This document shows positions 1-10,690 of a DNA stretch of 43,573 bases, one piece after another (positions within the stretch are counted from its first letter, which is position 1; each line of letters starts with the position of its first letter). The stretch comes from Octopus bimaculoides (lineage: Eukaryota). The position numbers and the translations under genes are program-made. The stretch spans positions 10,119,484 to 10,163,056 of the forward strand of contig NC_068983.1 in assembly GCF_001194135.2 (NCBI RefSeq), read 5' to 3'. The notes under the pieces are model-generated. The model did no database searches and was not told the DNA's origin. It was given only the letters and a program-made list of their open reading frames with translations.

Positions 1-18
1 ATACACACACACACACAT

Positions 19-165
19 GTGGAGGCGTGTGGCTTAGTGGTTAGGGTGTTTGACTCATGATGTTGAGATTGTAGTTTCGATTCCTGGACTAGGCGACGCG
101 TTGTATTCTTAAGCAAAACACTTCATTTCACGTTGCTCCAGTCCTCTCAGCTGGAAAAATGAGCA
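19..165 (+). mobile_element. SINE family C, 5' part (tRNA-like head)
   Basis: GTGGAGGCG..TGGCTTAGTGGTTAGGG (A-box-like) and GTTTCGATTCC (B-box-like). Head is homologous to the copies at 17452 and 26801-27187. Confidence 0.8.
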
Positions 166-220
166 ATCATGCGCCATTTAAACCGGCCCTGAGTCTATAT
201 GACTCGGGGAAAAAATTTAC

Positions 221-273
<53 letters not shown>

Positions 274-337
274 GTATTTATTATACATATGTGTTTGTTT
301 TTATGTTTAGTTATAAAAACAATTTTACATTAATCAG

Positions 338-560
338 ATGAATACAAATTCATTATCCTTATACGAGAATATTGTTGACTGTGATTTCGAAGTTTCAGCC
401 GACGATGGCTTAGCTGGCCGAATCTTTGAAGTCACTGTCAACAACATCTACGAGAACGCAGAAGTCTGTGAAGTATAACAACCAATAAGGCTTTTTTGCT
501 TGGCACCTTGTCAGCCGCTGGGAAAAGTCTATGTTGAGCAACAATGGTAAAGAGTGGAAT
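338..560 (+). pseudogene. Degenerate exon-like coding fragment, paralogue of 3899-4102 (tentatively cadherin-like)
   Basis: Frame MNTNSLSLYENIVDCDFEVSADDGLAGRIFEVTVNNIYENAEVCEV* continues after frameshifts as ..KAFLLGTLSAAGKSLC*..NG. Shares GLAGxxFxVTVNNI and SAAxKSL with 3899-4102. Confidence 0.4.
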
Positions 561-929
561 ATGTCCATAAATGTCCTCTGCAATTTTGTGCTTATATGTC
601 ATATGTATTGACCCTTCATGTGAAGCCTTGTGTACGTAACATAACAATTGAGGCCGCAGTCAACGAGAGTGAGATGGATGAAAGAAAGGAAGATGGTTTT
701 CTAAGGTGTGGGAGTTCAAATGCATTCAGGGGAGACGAGTAGAAATAATGGGAGGAGTGCTGTGGCGACACTCGGTGAAGGGAAATCTATGAAGTAGTGG
801 AAGGAATGAGGGAACATTGAGCCGAGTAAGGAAGGTAAAAGGCAAAAGATGAGACGGCATTCAAAGTAATGATGGGCTGGCTGTCGCTGTTATGTCGCTT
901 GGTTTGTGCAACGTATAAAAAGATAAAGA

Positions 930-1150
930 GGATGGTGATGATGGTGAGAAGGAGGAGGAGGAGGAGGAAGAGGAGGAAGTGAAAACAGGGTTGTTAATGA
1001 TGATGATGATGATGAGAGGGACAAGGAGGGGAATGAGGAAGAGAGCAATGATGATGATAATGAGGCGGATAACAGGGACGTTAATGGTAATCATGTCTGT
1101 GTTGATGAGGATAAATAAGTGGGCGAGGCCGAAGATAGAAATGATGATGA

Positions 1151-1184
<34 letters not shown>

Positions 1185-2250
1185 TGTGGTGGTGGTGGTG
1201 GTGTTGATGATGATGATGATGAGGAGGAGGATGGTGGTGGTGGTGGTTGTGGTGGTGGTGNNNNNNNNNNNNNNNNNNNNNNNNNNNNNNNNNNNNNNNN
1301 NNNNNNNNNNNNNNNNNNNNNNNNNNNNNNNNNNNNNNNNNNNNNNNNNNNNNNNNNNNNNNNNNNNNNNNNNNNNNNNNNNNNNNNNNNNNNNNNNNNN
1401 NNNNNNNNNNNNNNNNNNNNNNNNNNNNNNNNNNNNNNNNNNNNNNNNNNNNNNNNNNNNNNNNNNNNNNNNNNNNNNNNNNNNNNNNNNNNNNNNNNNN
1501 NNNNNNNNNNNNNNNNNNNNNNNNNNNNNNNNNNNNNNNNNNNNNNNNNNNNNNNNNNNNNNNNNNNNNNNNNNNNNNNNNNNNNNNNNNNNNNNNNNNN
1601 NNNNNNNNNNNNNNNNNNNNNNNNNNNNNNNNNNNNNNNNNNNNNNNNNNNNNNNNNNNNNNTGGGGTGGTGGTGGTGACGATGATGTTGTTGATGGTGA
1701 TGATGATGGTGGTTGCATGACATTGAAACTAATGTCTTCAATGAGGGATCATAATATATTGCTTCATGACGATGATGATGATGGTGATAAAGAGGAGGCG
1801 AGAAGAAGAAGAAGGAGAAGAAGAAGAAGAAGAAGAAGAAGAAGAAGAAGAAGAAGAAGAAGAAGAAGAAGAAGAAGAAAGAGAAGAAGAAGAGGAGGAG
1901 AAGAAGAAGAAGAAGAAGAAAAGGAGAAGAAGAAGAAGAAGGAGGAGAAGAAGAAGAAGAAGAAGAAGAAGAAGAAGAAGAAGAAGAAGAAGAAGAAGAA
2001 GAAGAAGAAGGAGAAAGAGAAGAAGGAGAAGAAGAAGAAGAAGAAGAAGAAGAAGAAGAAGAAGAAGAAGAAGAAGAAGAAGAAGAAGAAGAAGAAGAAA
2101 GAGGGGAAGGAGAAGAAGTGGGTGGGTGGTCAATGAGTGAGGACATCTGCGACTAAATAATGCAATGATTGTGGCGATAACGAGAAAAGATGCTGATTAT
2201 GAAAATAATGATGATGATGCTGTTGTCGTTGTTGATGATGATGATGAAGG
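930..2250. repeat. Compound trinucleotide tracts (GAT/GGT/GAG)n and (GAA)n spanning an assembly gap
   Basis: Directly visible; 1800-2118 contains only purines. Confidence 0.97.
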
Positions 2251-2462
2251 TATGTCCGTGTAGCGTTTGTTGGGTCAACAAACCGTCGTGGCCGTGGCCG
2301 TCGTCGTCAGTGAAGTGCGAGGTGCTTCACCCGTGTTGTGGCTAATAACTTACATCTGTGGCGTGCATGGCATGACCAGAGTATTGTTTTCAAAAGGCAA
2401 TCGGTGGTACGGTGCGTGCGAACACCTGTTATCCAGCTGTCTATATCGCTATCAACACTACA

Positions 2463-2465
<3 letters not shown>

Positions 2466-2500
<35 letters not shown>

Positions 2501-2503
2501 ACA

Positions 2504-2543
<40 letters not shown>

Positions 2544-2690
2544 TATACATGTAAGTATGCATAAATAAATATACTTAAACATACACACACAGACATCTAT
2601 ATATGTGTGCGTACATACATACATACATACATATATATATATATGTACATACACATATATATATGAACATACATATATATATATACGCAT

Positions 2691-2726
<36 letters not shown>

Positions 2727-2888
2727 CAACACACTTCTCTTTGGCTTCACACTTCCACTTGTACTCCCGCCCTTCTTCTAATACATTCCTCTAACTAGAC
2801 AAATTCCTAGGTTACTGTTTCCTTTCCTAACACTTGCTCCGCCTCGACTATTCTTTCTTTACTTATTTTATACATGCATACATATATA

Positions 2889-2926
<38 letters not shown>

Positions 2927-2950
2927 CATATATATATATATACATGATAC

Positions 2951-2985
<35 letters not shown>

Positions 2986-3020
2986 CATATATACATATAT
3001 ATATATATACATATATATAC

Positions 3021-3054
<34 letters not shown>

Positions 3055-3060
3055 TTGTAT

Positions 3061-3094
<34 letters not shown>

Positions 3095-3260
3095 GTATAT
3101 ATATATATGTGTGTGTGTAGAGAGAGAGAGAGATCCGTATATATACATATATATGCGAGTGCGTGTATGCAATTTACATACAAGCACATACATATACATA
3201 TACACACGCATTCTCTCTCTCTCACTCACACACGCACACACACACACACTCACTCACACA
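2466..3260. repeat. (CA)n/(TA)n compound microsatellites
   Basis: Directly visible; source of the spurious HT/IY/CV ORFs. Confidence 0.97.
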
Positions 3261-3898
3261 TTTTGATATATGTCCACACGTTGGCATGAACGAAAAACAA
3301 GTCACTTATACGACACTAATGAGAAGAATTTACTATAAATCAAAAGAATATGTGATCCACAGATACCTGGTACATTTGAATTTAGCATTTAGATTTTCTC
3401 TTAGAACGGTTGAGGAGGTCAAAGCTTCTATGATATATCTTTTACTAGTTTCGGTCATTGGATTGCGGCTATGCTGGGGCACCACCTCAAAGGATTTACC
3501 CTCTTCCTTTCTCTAATTCTTTTTTTCTCCCCTTCACCGTTTTCTCTCTCTCTCTCTACATCTTTTTCCTTTACTCTCTCTCTCTCTCGTTACTCACACG
3601 TAACCATCGTCCGTCGTTCTTTTCTGCACGTAATCATCTTTCTTTCAGTCTGTCTGGTGCTGAGTAAATCAGAAGGATTTACTCAGCACCAGTACTTATT
3701 CTATCGGCCTATTCTTTCTTTTTTTTTTTTTTTTTGAACCTCTATATGACTGGGATAAATCACCGGCTGACAAGTGATGGTGGTGGCCGAACTCTCTCTC
3801 TCTCTTTCTCTCTTTCACACACATTTCCACACACACAAACACATACATACACACGCTCACATACATATACACACTCGCACACGCACGTACACACATAT

Positions 3899-4102
3899 AT
3901 GTCCAACGGTGGTTTAGCTGGCCAAAACTTCGACGTTACTGTCAACAACATTCTTGTATATGATCAACAAATCTACACTCTACAAAATTATATATACGAA
4001 AAAATCCAGTTTTCGGCTGCCAAATCATTGGTCAGTTGGTCAGTAAATGGCTATAGGAGAAGATATTTTGCCCATGGTGCCGCCAGTGAGACTGTAAGCT
4101 GA
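3899..4102 (+). CDS. Exon-like open frame SNGGLAGQNFDVTVNNILVYDQQIYTLQNYIYEKIQFSAAKSLVSWSVNGYRRRYFAHGAASET (tentatively cadherin-like; intact or pseudogenic unknown)
   Basis: Open frame with a possible GTAAGC donor at 4094. 11/14 aa identical to 407-448, and 4 of 7 nucleotide differences are synonymous. No acceptor is visible because a microsatellite lies immediately upstream. Confidence 0.4.
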   Translation: MSNGGLAGQNFDVTVNNILVYDQQIYTLQNYIYEKIQFSAAKSLVSWSVNGYRRRYFAHGAASETVS

Positions 4103-4255
4103 AACCACGTGATTACAAAATGCGTTTCATAACCAGACATTCTTGTTTTCCTTTTCGGTTTCGAATCCAGAATTAAAGCCGTCTAACTTCTTTTATTTTG
4201 CCTATATCTTGGTTAAGTGTGATACGTTTTTTGAAGTCTCATACTTATTAGAAGT

Positions 4256-4412
4256 ATGTGGTAAGTAGCTTGCTTACCAATGACATGGCTCCGGCTTCAG
4301 TCTCACTGCGTGGCACCTTGAGCGAGTGCCTTCTACTATAGCCTCGGTCTGACCAAAGCCTTGTGAATGGATTTGGTAGACGGCAACTGAAAGAAGCTCG
4401 TCGTATATATAT
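4256..4412 (+). mobile_element. SINE family A, head only
   Basis: GTGGTAAGTAGCTTGCTTACC...GGATTTGGTAGACGG..CTGAAAGAAG, matching the full copies at 7803 and 36293. Confidence 0.9.
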
Positions 4413-4589
4413 ATTGAAATTAATTTACAAAGGTACCGTTAATTCTATTATTGTCCAATGTCACTAATTTAGGAATGATAATAGCAGAACCAACGATACA
4501 GGCGACAGCAGGCCAAAAAATAGCATTTAAATAGCCGAGTTTTGACTGTTATTTCAAGCAGGTAGACATACTTAGTATGTCCTTTATAT

Positions 4590-4790
4590 ATATATATATA
4601 TTAATTGTAATGGTAAGACAACAAAAAGAATGAAAGAGACCTCAATATTATGTAAATAGAGGAATTTATTTCTACTATAATATGTGACAATTATTCGGTT
4701 GCCAGAATAAAACTCCGAGTTTCGGATGTCGGGATGGAAACCTGCACCGGCATCTCCTCAGTTATCGAGGCATTGTCATTCTTAAGTGTA
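4590..4790 (-). mobile_element. Penelope-like element remnant carrying a hammerhead motif
   Basis: Type I hammerhead with a palindromic stem III, the form known from Penelope-like elements. Element boundaries approximate. Confidence 0.5.
4706..4766 (-). ncRNA. Type I hammerhead ribozyme motif
   Basis: GAUAA CUGAGGA GAUGCCGG-loop-CCGACAUC C GAAA CUC G GAG U U UUAUU: core CUGANGA/GAAA, stems I-III can form, GUU triplet. Confidence 0.7.
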
Positions 4791-4857
4791 ATAGTTACTC
4801 ATCCCAGTATTCCTTCCACCACCGCCGCTGTTACTACTACTACTAATAATAATAATC

Positions 4858-5069
4858 CTTTCTACTCTAGGTACAAGGCCTGAAATTTGGTGGGATAGGG
4901 CCAGTCGATTAGATCGACTCTATTATACAACTGGCACTTAATTTATCGATCTCCGAAAGGATGAAAAGCAAAGTCGACCTCGGCAGAATTTGAACTCAGA
5001 ACGTAGCGACGGGCGAAATACCGCAAAGCATTTCGTCAAGCGTACTAACGATTCTGCCAGCTCGACGCC
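4858..5069 (-). mobile_element. SINE family B
   Basis: Reverse complement of GGCGxCGAGCTGGCAGAA..GTTCTGAGTTCAAATT..GAGGTCGACTTTGC..TTTCATCC..GCCTTGT.CCTAGAGTAGAAAG; same family as 23205 and 41735. Confidence 0.9.
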
Positions 5070-5276
<207 letters not shown>

Positions 5277-5503
5277 NNNNNNNNNNNNNNNNNNNNNNNN
5301 NNNNNNNNNNNNNNNNNNNNNNNNNNNNNNNNNNNNNNNNNNNNNNNNNNNNNNNNNNNNNNNNNNNNNNNNNNNNNNNNNNNNNNNNNNNNNNNNNNNN
5401 NNNNNNNNNNNNNNNNNNNNNNNNNNNNNNNNNNNNNNNNNNNNNNNNNNNNNNNNNNNNNNNNNNNNNNNNNNNNNNNNNNNNNNNNNNNNNNNNNNNN
5501 NNN

Positions 5504-5537
<34 letters not shown>

Positions 5538-5540
<3 letters not shown>

Positions 5541-6102
5541 TACAGTATAGCAATAAGAAAATGGAGGGGAATAGGTGGTATTCATCAACTTGCAGACATT
5601 GTATTATGTCAATTTACTTGTTTATTTGTTAACTAAAAGGACAATAATAACAATATACAAACACATGTGACATATTATGTCATATCAGTAATTAAAAAGG
5701 AACACCATTTTGAATCCATATATTACACTACACTTGTGTGTGTGTAGTCGAAGAGAGTTTCATCTGCTTGAAAGTCAAAGGAAACAAATAAGACAGAGAT
5801 TACAAGCAAGATTTACTTTAACACCCACAAATGCTCACGTTTCGTATTTTCGTTAACCACTCTTAACCAGTACACAGCCCACCACCATCATTAGTATCAT
5901 CCCCATCGTCATCATTAAATGGCTTTAACTAGTAATCAAATACTGAACGCCAATAGTGCAATAAGTTCCAAAACTATATAAATAAATATATGCGAATATG
6001 TTTATAATCCAGCATGCTGGGTTTATAAAGTATGTACCATTTTCAACTGGTGCATACGTTATATATAAAAGTTATTTATTTTGATAGAGCGTGAGAGTAT
6101 AT

Positions 6103-6175
<73 letters not shown>

Positions 6176-6337
6176 CATATACAGTATAGCAATAAGAAAA
6201 TGGAGGGGAATAGGTGGTATTCATCAACTTGCAGACATTGTATTGTGTCAATTTACTTGTTTATTTGTTAACTAAAAGGACAATAATAATATACAAACAC
6301 ATGTGACGTATTATGTCATATCAATAATTAAAAAGGA
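5538..6337 (+). repeat. ~163-bp direct duplication (5538-5701 and 6177-6337)
   Basis: Three substitutions and one 3-bp indel between copies; each follows a (TA)n run. Confidence 0.9.
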
Positions 6338-6405
6338 CATCTAGTGACCGAAAATGGGAATGCATATATACATACATATAAGTACATACAGCTACATGTA
6401 TACAT

Positions 6406-6777
6406 TCTTCTACTTGTTTCAGTTATTTGACTGCAGCCAAGCTGGAGCACCACCTTCAGTCGAGCAAATCGGCCCCAGGACTTATTCTTTGTAAGCCTAG
6501 TACTTATTCTATCGGTCTCTTTTGCCGAAACGCTAAGTTACGGGGACGTAAACACACCAGCGATGTTGGGGGAACAAACACACACTCATACACACACATA
6601 TATATACATATATACGACGGGCTTCTTTCAGTTTCCATCTACCAAATCCACTTACAAGGCTTTGGTCGACCCAAAGCTATAGTAGAAGACACTTGCCCAA
6701 GGTGCCACGCAGTGGGACTGAACCAGGAGCCATGTGGTTGGTAAGCAATATACTTACCACACAGCCACTCCTGCGCC
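6406..6777 (-). mobile_element. SINE family A, full length
   Basis: Head GGCGCAGGAGTGGCTGTGTGG, central microsatellite, tail ending ..GCTCCAGC.TGGC.GCAGTCAAAT.ACTGAAACAAG. Confidence 0.93.
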
Positions 6778-7250
6778 TGCATATACATATACATATACAA
6801 TTCAGTTGAATTAAGTTCTAACCTCGAAAATGAGGTCGGGTCGCACAATTTTGAGGTCATTTTCGGGCAATATTTGGAGTTGATTGTAATCTGCGTTGCT
6901 AATTTTAATGTTCTTGGTGTCAAAATATACAGCAATGTACAAGGAGTGTTATGAGTGCATTTGAGATGCACAAAACCCTATTTATCAACGGAAAATGTTC
7001 AAAAATATGCTTTTTGACACAATTATTGGCACATTTTCCGTACCACTCATTTCCACTTTTTTTTCTAAAATTTCTTCGGATTCAAATCAGGGTTTAAAAA
7101 TTGTATTCCCCACTCTCCACTCTAATTTCTTAATTTTTAACTTTTTTTCGTATTCTTTTTTTTAAATACGCGTAGAAAAAAAAAAACAGATTACGAATCC
7201 GGGGAATTTTTTTTCTAAATTTTAATTTTCCTTAAAATAGCACTCAATGT

Positions 7251-7525
7251 CCCTTCCAGGACCTCACCCATCCATCACCTACCCACTCTCAAAAAGCTAA
7301 AAACTTAGAATCTTTCACTTTCGTCTGATGTTTCACTTATGCGTAGAATTCTACTGAGACTGCAGACGTCAAAAATATCAGAATACTACAAGAAAACCCA
7401 ACATGCTAGAAACAACAGCTAAATGACATTATTTCTGAAAAAACTCCCCCGGTTTTAAAAGATCTAAAAGTGAAACATTCGAAGTTTTTAGTGGGGTGGT
7501 GATGGGTGGATGTTGTGGAAAGGGA
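7251..7525. repeat. Imperfect ~70-bp inverted repeat (7251-7325 / 7455-7525), MITE- or foldback-like
   Basis: CCCTTCCA..CCATCACC..CCCACT..AAAAACTTAGAATCTTTCACTTT aligns with the reverse complement of AAAAGTGAAACATTCGAAGTTTTTAGTGGGGTGGTGATGG..TGGAAAGGG. Confidence 0.6.
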
Positions 7526-7802
7526 TTTGAACTCAGAAAACAGGATTTGGAAGTCGTCATTTTGTGCGTGAGAGCGTGTATTGTCACCTGTATACAAATG
7601 AAATTCTGCTTTACGCTCAGAAAAATTTGACCAAATACTACATATGAGAGGAGGTCTCAAATAATGGTGTAGCTCAGTCAAGGGTGGTGCTCCAGCATGA
7701 CCACAACTTTGAAGCTGAAATATTTTAAAGAATTTAAAGAATTTATAGTTGTGGAAATATATCTTTAAATTTACTCTCCAATGTTTGAATATATTTAATA
7801 TA

Positions 7803-8178
7803 GGCACAGGAGTAGCTGTGTGGTAAGTAGCTTGCTTACCAACCACATGGTCCCAGGTTCAGTCCCACTGCGTGGCACCTTGGGCAAGTGTCTTCTGCTA
7901 TAACCTCAGGCCGACGAAAGCCTTGTGAGTGGATTTGGTAGATGGAAACTGAAAGAAGCCCGTCGTATATATGTAAGTGTGTCTGTGTTTGTCCCACCAA
8001 CATCGCTTGACAACCGATGCTGGTGTGTTTACGTCCCCGTAACATAGCGGTTCGGCAAAAGAGACCGATAGAATAAGTACTAGGCTTACAAAGAATAAGT
8101 CCTGGGGCCGATTTGATTCGACTAAAGGCGGTGCTCCAGCATGGCCGCAGTCAAATGACTGAAACAAGTAAAAGAGTA
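7803..8178 (+). mobile_element. SINE family A, full length
   Basis: Complete head, core and tail, highly similar to 36293-36690. Confidence 0.95.
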
Positions 8179-8930
8179 AGTCTCGTATTTATCCATAGAG
8201 AATTAATACACCGGCTTCGTACATTATTTACGTCTGTAAAAGAATAAGGAAGATTACGAGTTGGAACTAATTTAGAGAAGTGCGCTATTCCCGGTTGACA
8301 CTGGTCTGCATGAAAAGTTTCATGTGTAGAGAACGTCCTGGTGTAAATAATTGAAGTCAAGTGTTGCGTATTTGATACGTTTTCAGAAGAAATAAAATAA
8401 ATCGCAGATTTTTCTCTGTAATTTAAGACCCTGTGTTAACAAGACCATGCTGTAGTATATGTACCCCATATTAAAATATGAAACATCTAGAATTTCTACA
8501 TTTACATATGTCGAGCGTTCAAGGCACATTTATTTTTTGTCCAAATCGCACTGACATCAACCGATACCTTTCATTCTATCGAGGTCAATACCACTCAAGT
8601 AATGAGAGCGACGGTGTCGACTAATCGCCACCTCTCATACCTAATAGCCTTGTGCCTAGATAAGATTATTATTATTATTATTATTTCTCTAACTTCTCTA
8701 TATCCTTTGTTACAAACCACAGCAGTAATTGTTTTCACCTCAATAGACGTCATTGATTGGTTGAAATTACTGAAATACAACTTTAACACGAAATAACTTC
8801 GAAAATAAAGAATTTTCTTTAAAACGCCAAGTGTAAATGATGTTTTAAATGACACATTCTACCAGTATACGAAATTTGAAAGCGTTTAGTTACAAAAAAC
8901 TATTTTTTTCTATGTGCTGGCCAAAAGGAA

Positions 8931-9083
8931 AAGATCCCAGTGTTCAACTAGTACTTATTTTATCGACTTCGAAAAGATGAAAGGCAAAGTCGACCTCAGC
9001 AGAATTTGAACTCAAATACTTAGCGTCATTTTGTCTGTCTTTACGTCTGAACATAAAGACAGACGAAATGCCAGCTCGCCGCC
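8931..9083 (-). mobile_element. SINE family B, partial and rearranged
   Basis: GTACTTATTTTATCGAC..GATGAAAGGCAAAGTCGACCTC.GCAGAATTTGAACTCA..GCCAGCTCGCCGCC. Confidence 0.85.
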
Positions 9084-10658
9084 TTAATCAGGACTAAAGT
9101 ATTAAGCATTTAAAAAAAAAACATTGTTGCTACAAATTCAACATAAAACTTATTTTAAAAGGTTAGTCACCAACACCACCTCCACCAGTAACAAATCCAT
9201 CAATGAACTAATTTTTATTTCTTTTTCACTGACGACGACCTTTAACAAGTAAGTCACAAAATAAATATGGACTCGTCCAACATTTACAGTCACTTCATTA
9301 AAAAAAAAATATATGTATCAAGGTTTTGAGTTCAAATATGCTGTTGGCGTTTGCAAGCGAAACAGTTTATTCTGTTTTGTATTTCTTCATTCACTAGAAG
9401 TTGCTTATAGTTACCAGATGATTTCAGAAAGAAACTCTGGATAGACTAGCTGCCTATATGTTCATAGGGGAGGGACTGAATTTACAGATAGTGCATTTCC
9501 TGTTCTTTTTGTTTGAGAATCAACCGATACACAACAACAATATGCGAACATTAACCGTGCACCACACAAGCAATGTGGATGAGTGCTCGAGGGCGTACCC
9601 CATGGTTTGCAATAAGTCTGACAGTCCTTTGGAAGCATTGTAGCTTCCTAAGTAGGACTGCCAGATTTATTGAGCAGAAATCAGATGTATCGGCTCAAAA
9701 TTTCATTACCTTTAACTGCGGAAAGCAGTTTTATATACCAGGCTATCGTTTGTTAATGTAATGGAACTAGAGAACCTCATGGAATATATAACAAATAAAA
9801 AAAAAAGACTGATAATTGATATGTATCATGAGAACAGTAAAAATGGAACTGCGAGCTTTGGGGAGCTCGTAAGCCATTACATCCCTTCATTGTTAAATAT
9901 TTCATTTCGTATTTCATCATTCGTTTTATGTACCCCACGTTTTGTGTTGTCTGTCCTTGTAGTGGCCCCCTCTATGTTACGACCGTAGTGCCGAATAAAG
10001 AAAGGACTCTATCATTTGTTGAATAATGTCATGTTTGAAGCTATTTTCTGTTGAGATTTGTCAAGTTTACTGAGACAACGTGACTTGCAGAAAATACAAA
10101 TTCTACGTTTTTGGTAGATATTTAAAATTGTTACAGGAATATAATTTCACAGTCAAAGTGTTAAAGAACATACCCAAAGAAGTAGTTCTTTCGTTACGAA
10201 ACCTTTGAAGAAATTGTCTCGCATAAGATATCAATGGTAGTTATAAAAAGTAACTCAACGGAACATAAAGAATTTGAGTATTGAAGAAACCATCTTCATT
10301 AATAGCGTAAACCCATATTAAAACAACATGCGTGATGCGCGTAAAGCTGGTTGGTTGTAACAGCACCATTACGCATGTCAACTGCCTATGCAAATAAATA
10401 AATAATTAAAACCTTATTACTATCCCTTATTTCTTAAGAGTGTGGCTTCAACTCCAGATTTTTGAAACACAACGTAAAAGTATAAACAATTTCTTGTTTT
10501 GCTCTTCAATTTCTAACTTACATTGTACAGGCTTTTTAAAAACAATTTTAACTCTCTCATATTACTTCATATAAACTATACAACTGTAATATATACGTAT
10601 AATATATATATACAACGCATGTATATATATATATATATACACACATATATACTTACTG

Positions 10659-10690
<32 letters not shown>

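Noticed and set aside
861-3289. Long ORFs rich in poly-R/K/E/S/HT/IY
   Set aside because: Translations of microsatellites and N-gaps; no coding signal.
9430-9660. Three suggestive frames: WSC-like MLPKDCQTYC..CLCG (minus), GPCR-TM3-like SSTLLVWCTVNVRILLLC (minus) and EGF-like NVDECS (plus)
   Set aside because: Mutually exclusive readings of the same DNA. None has a convincing splice-site pair in the phase needed after the CUB exon; most likely chance pattern matches.
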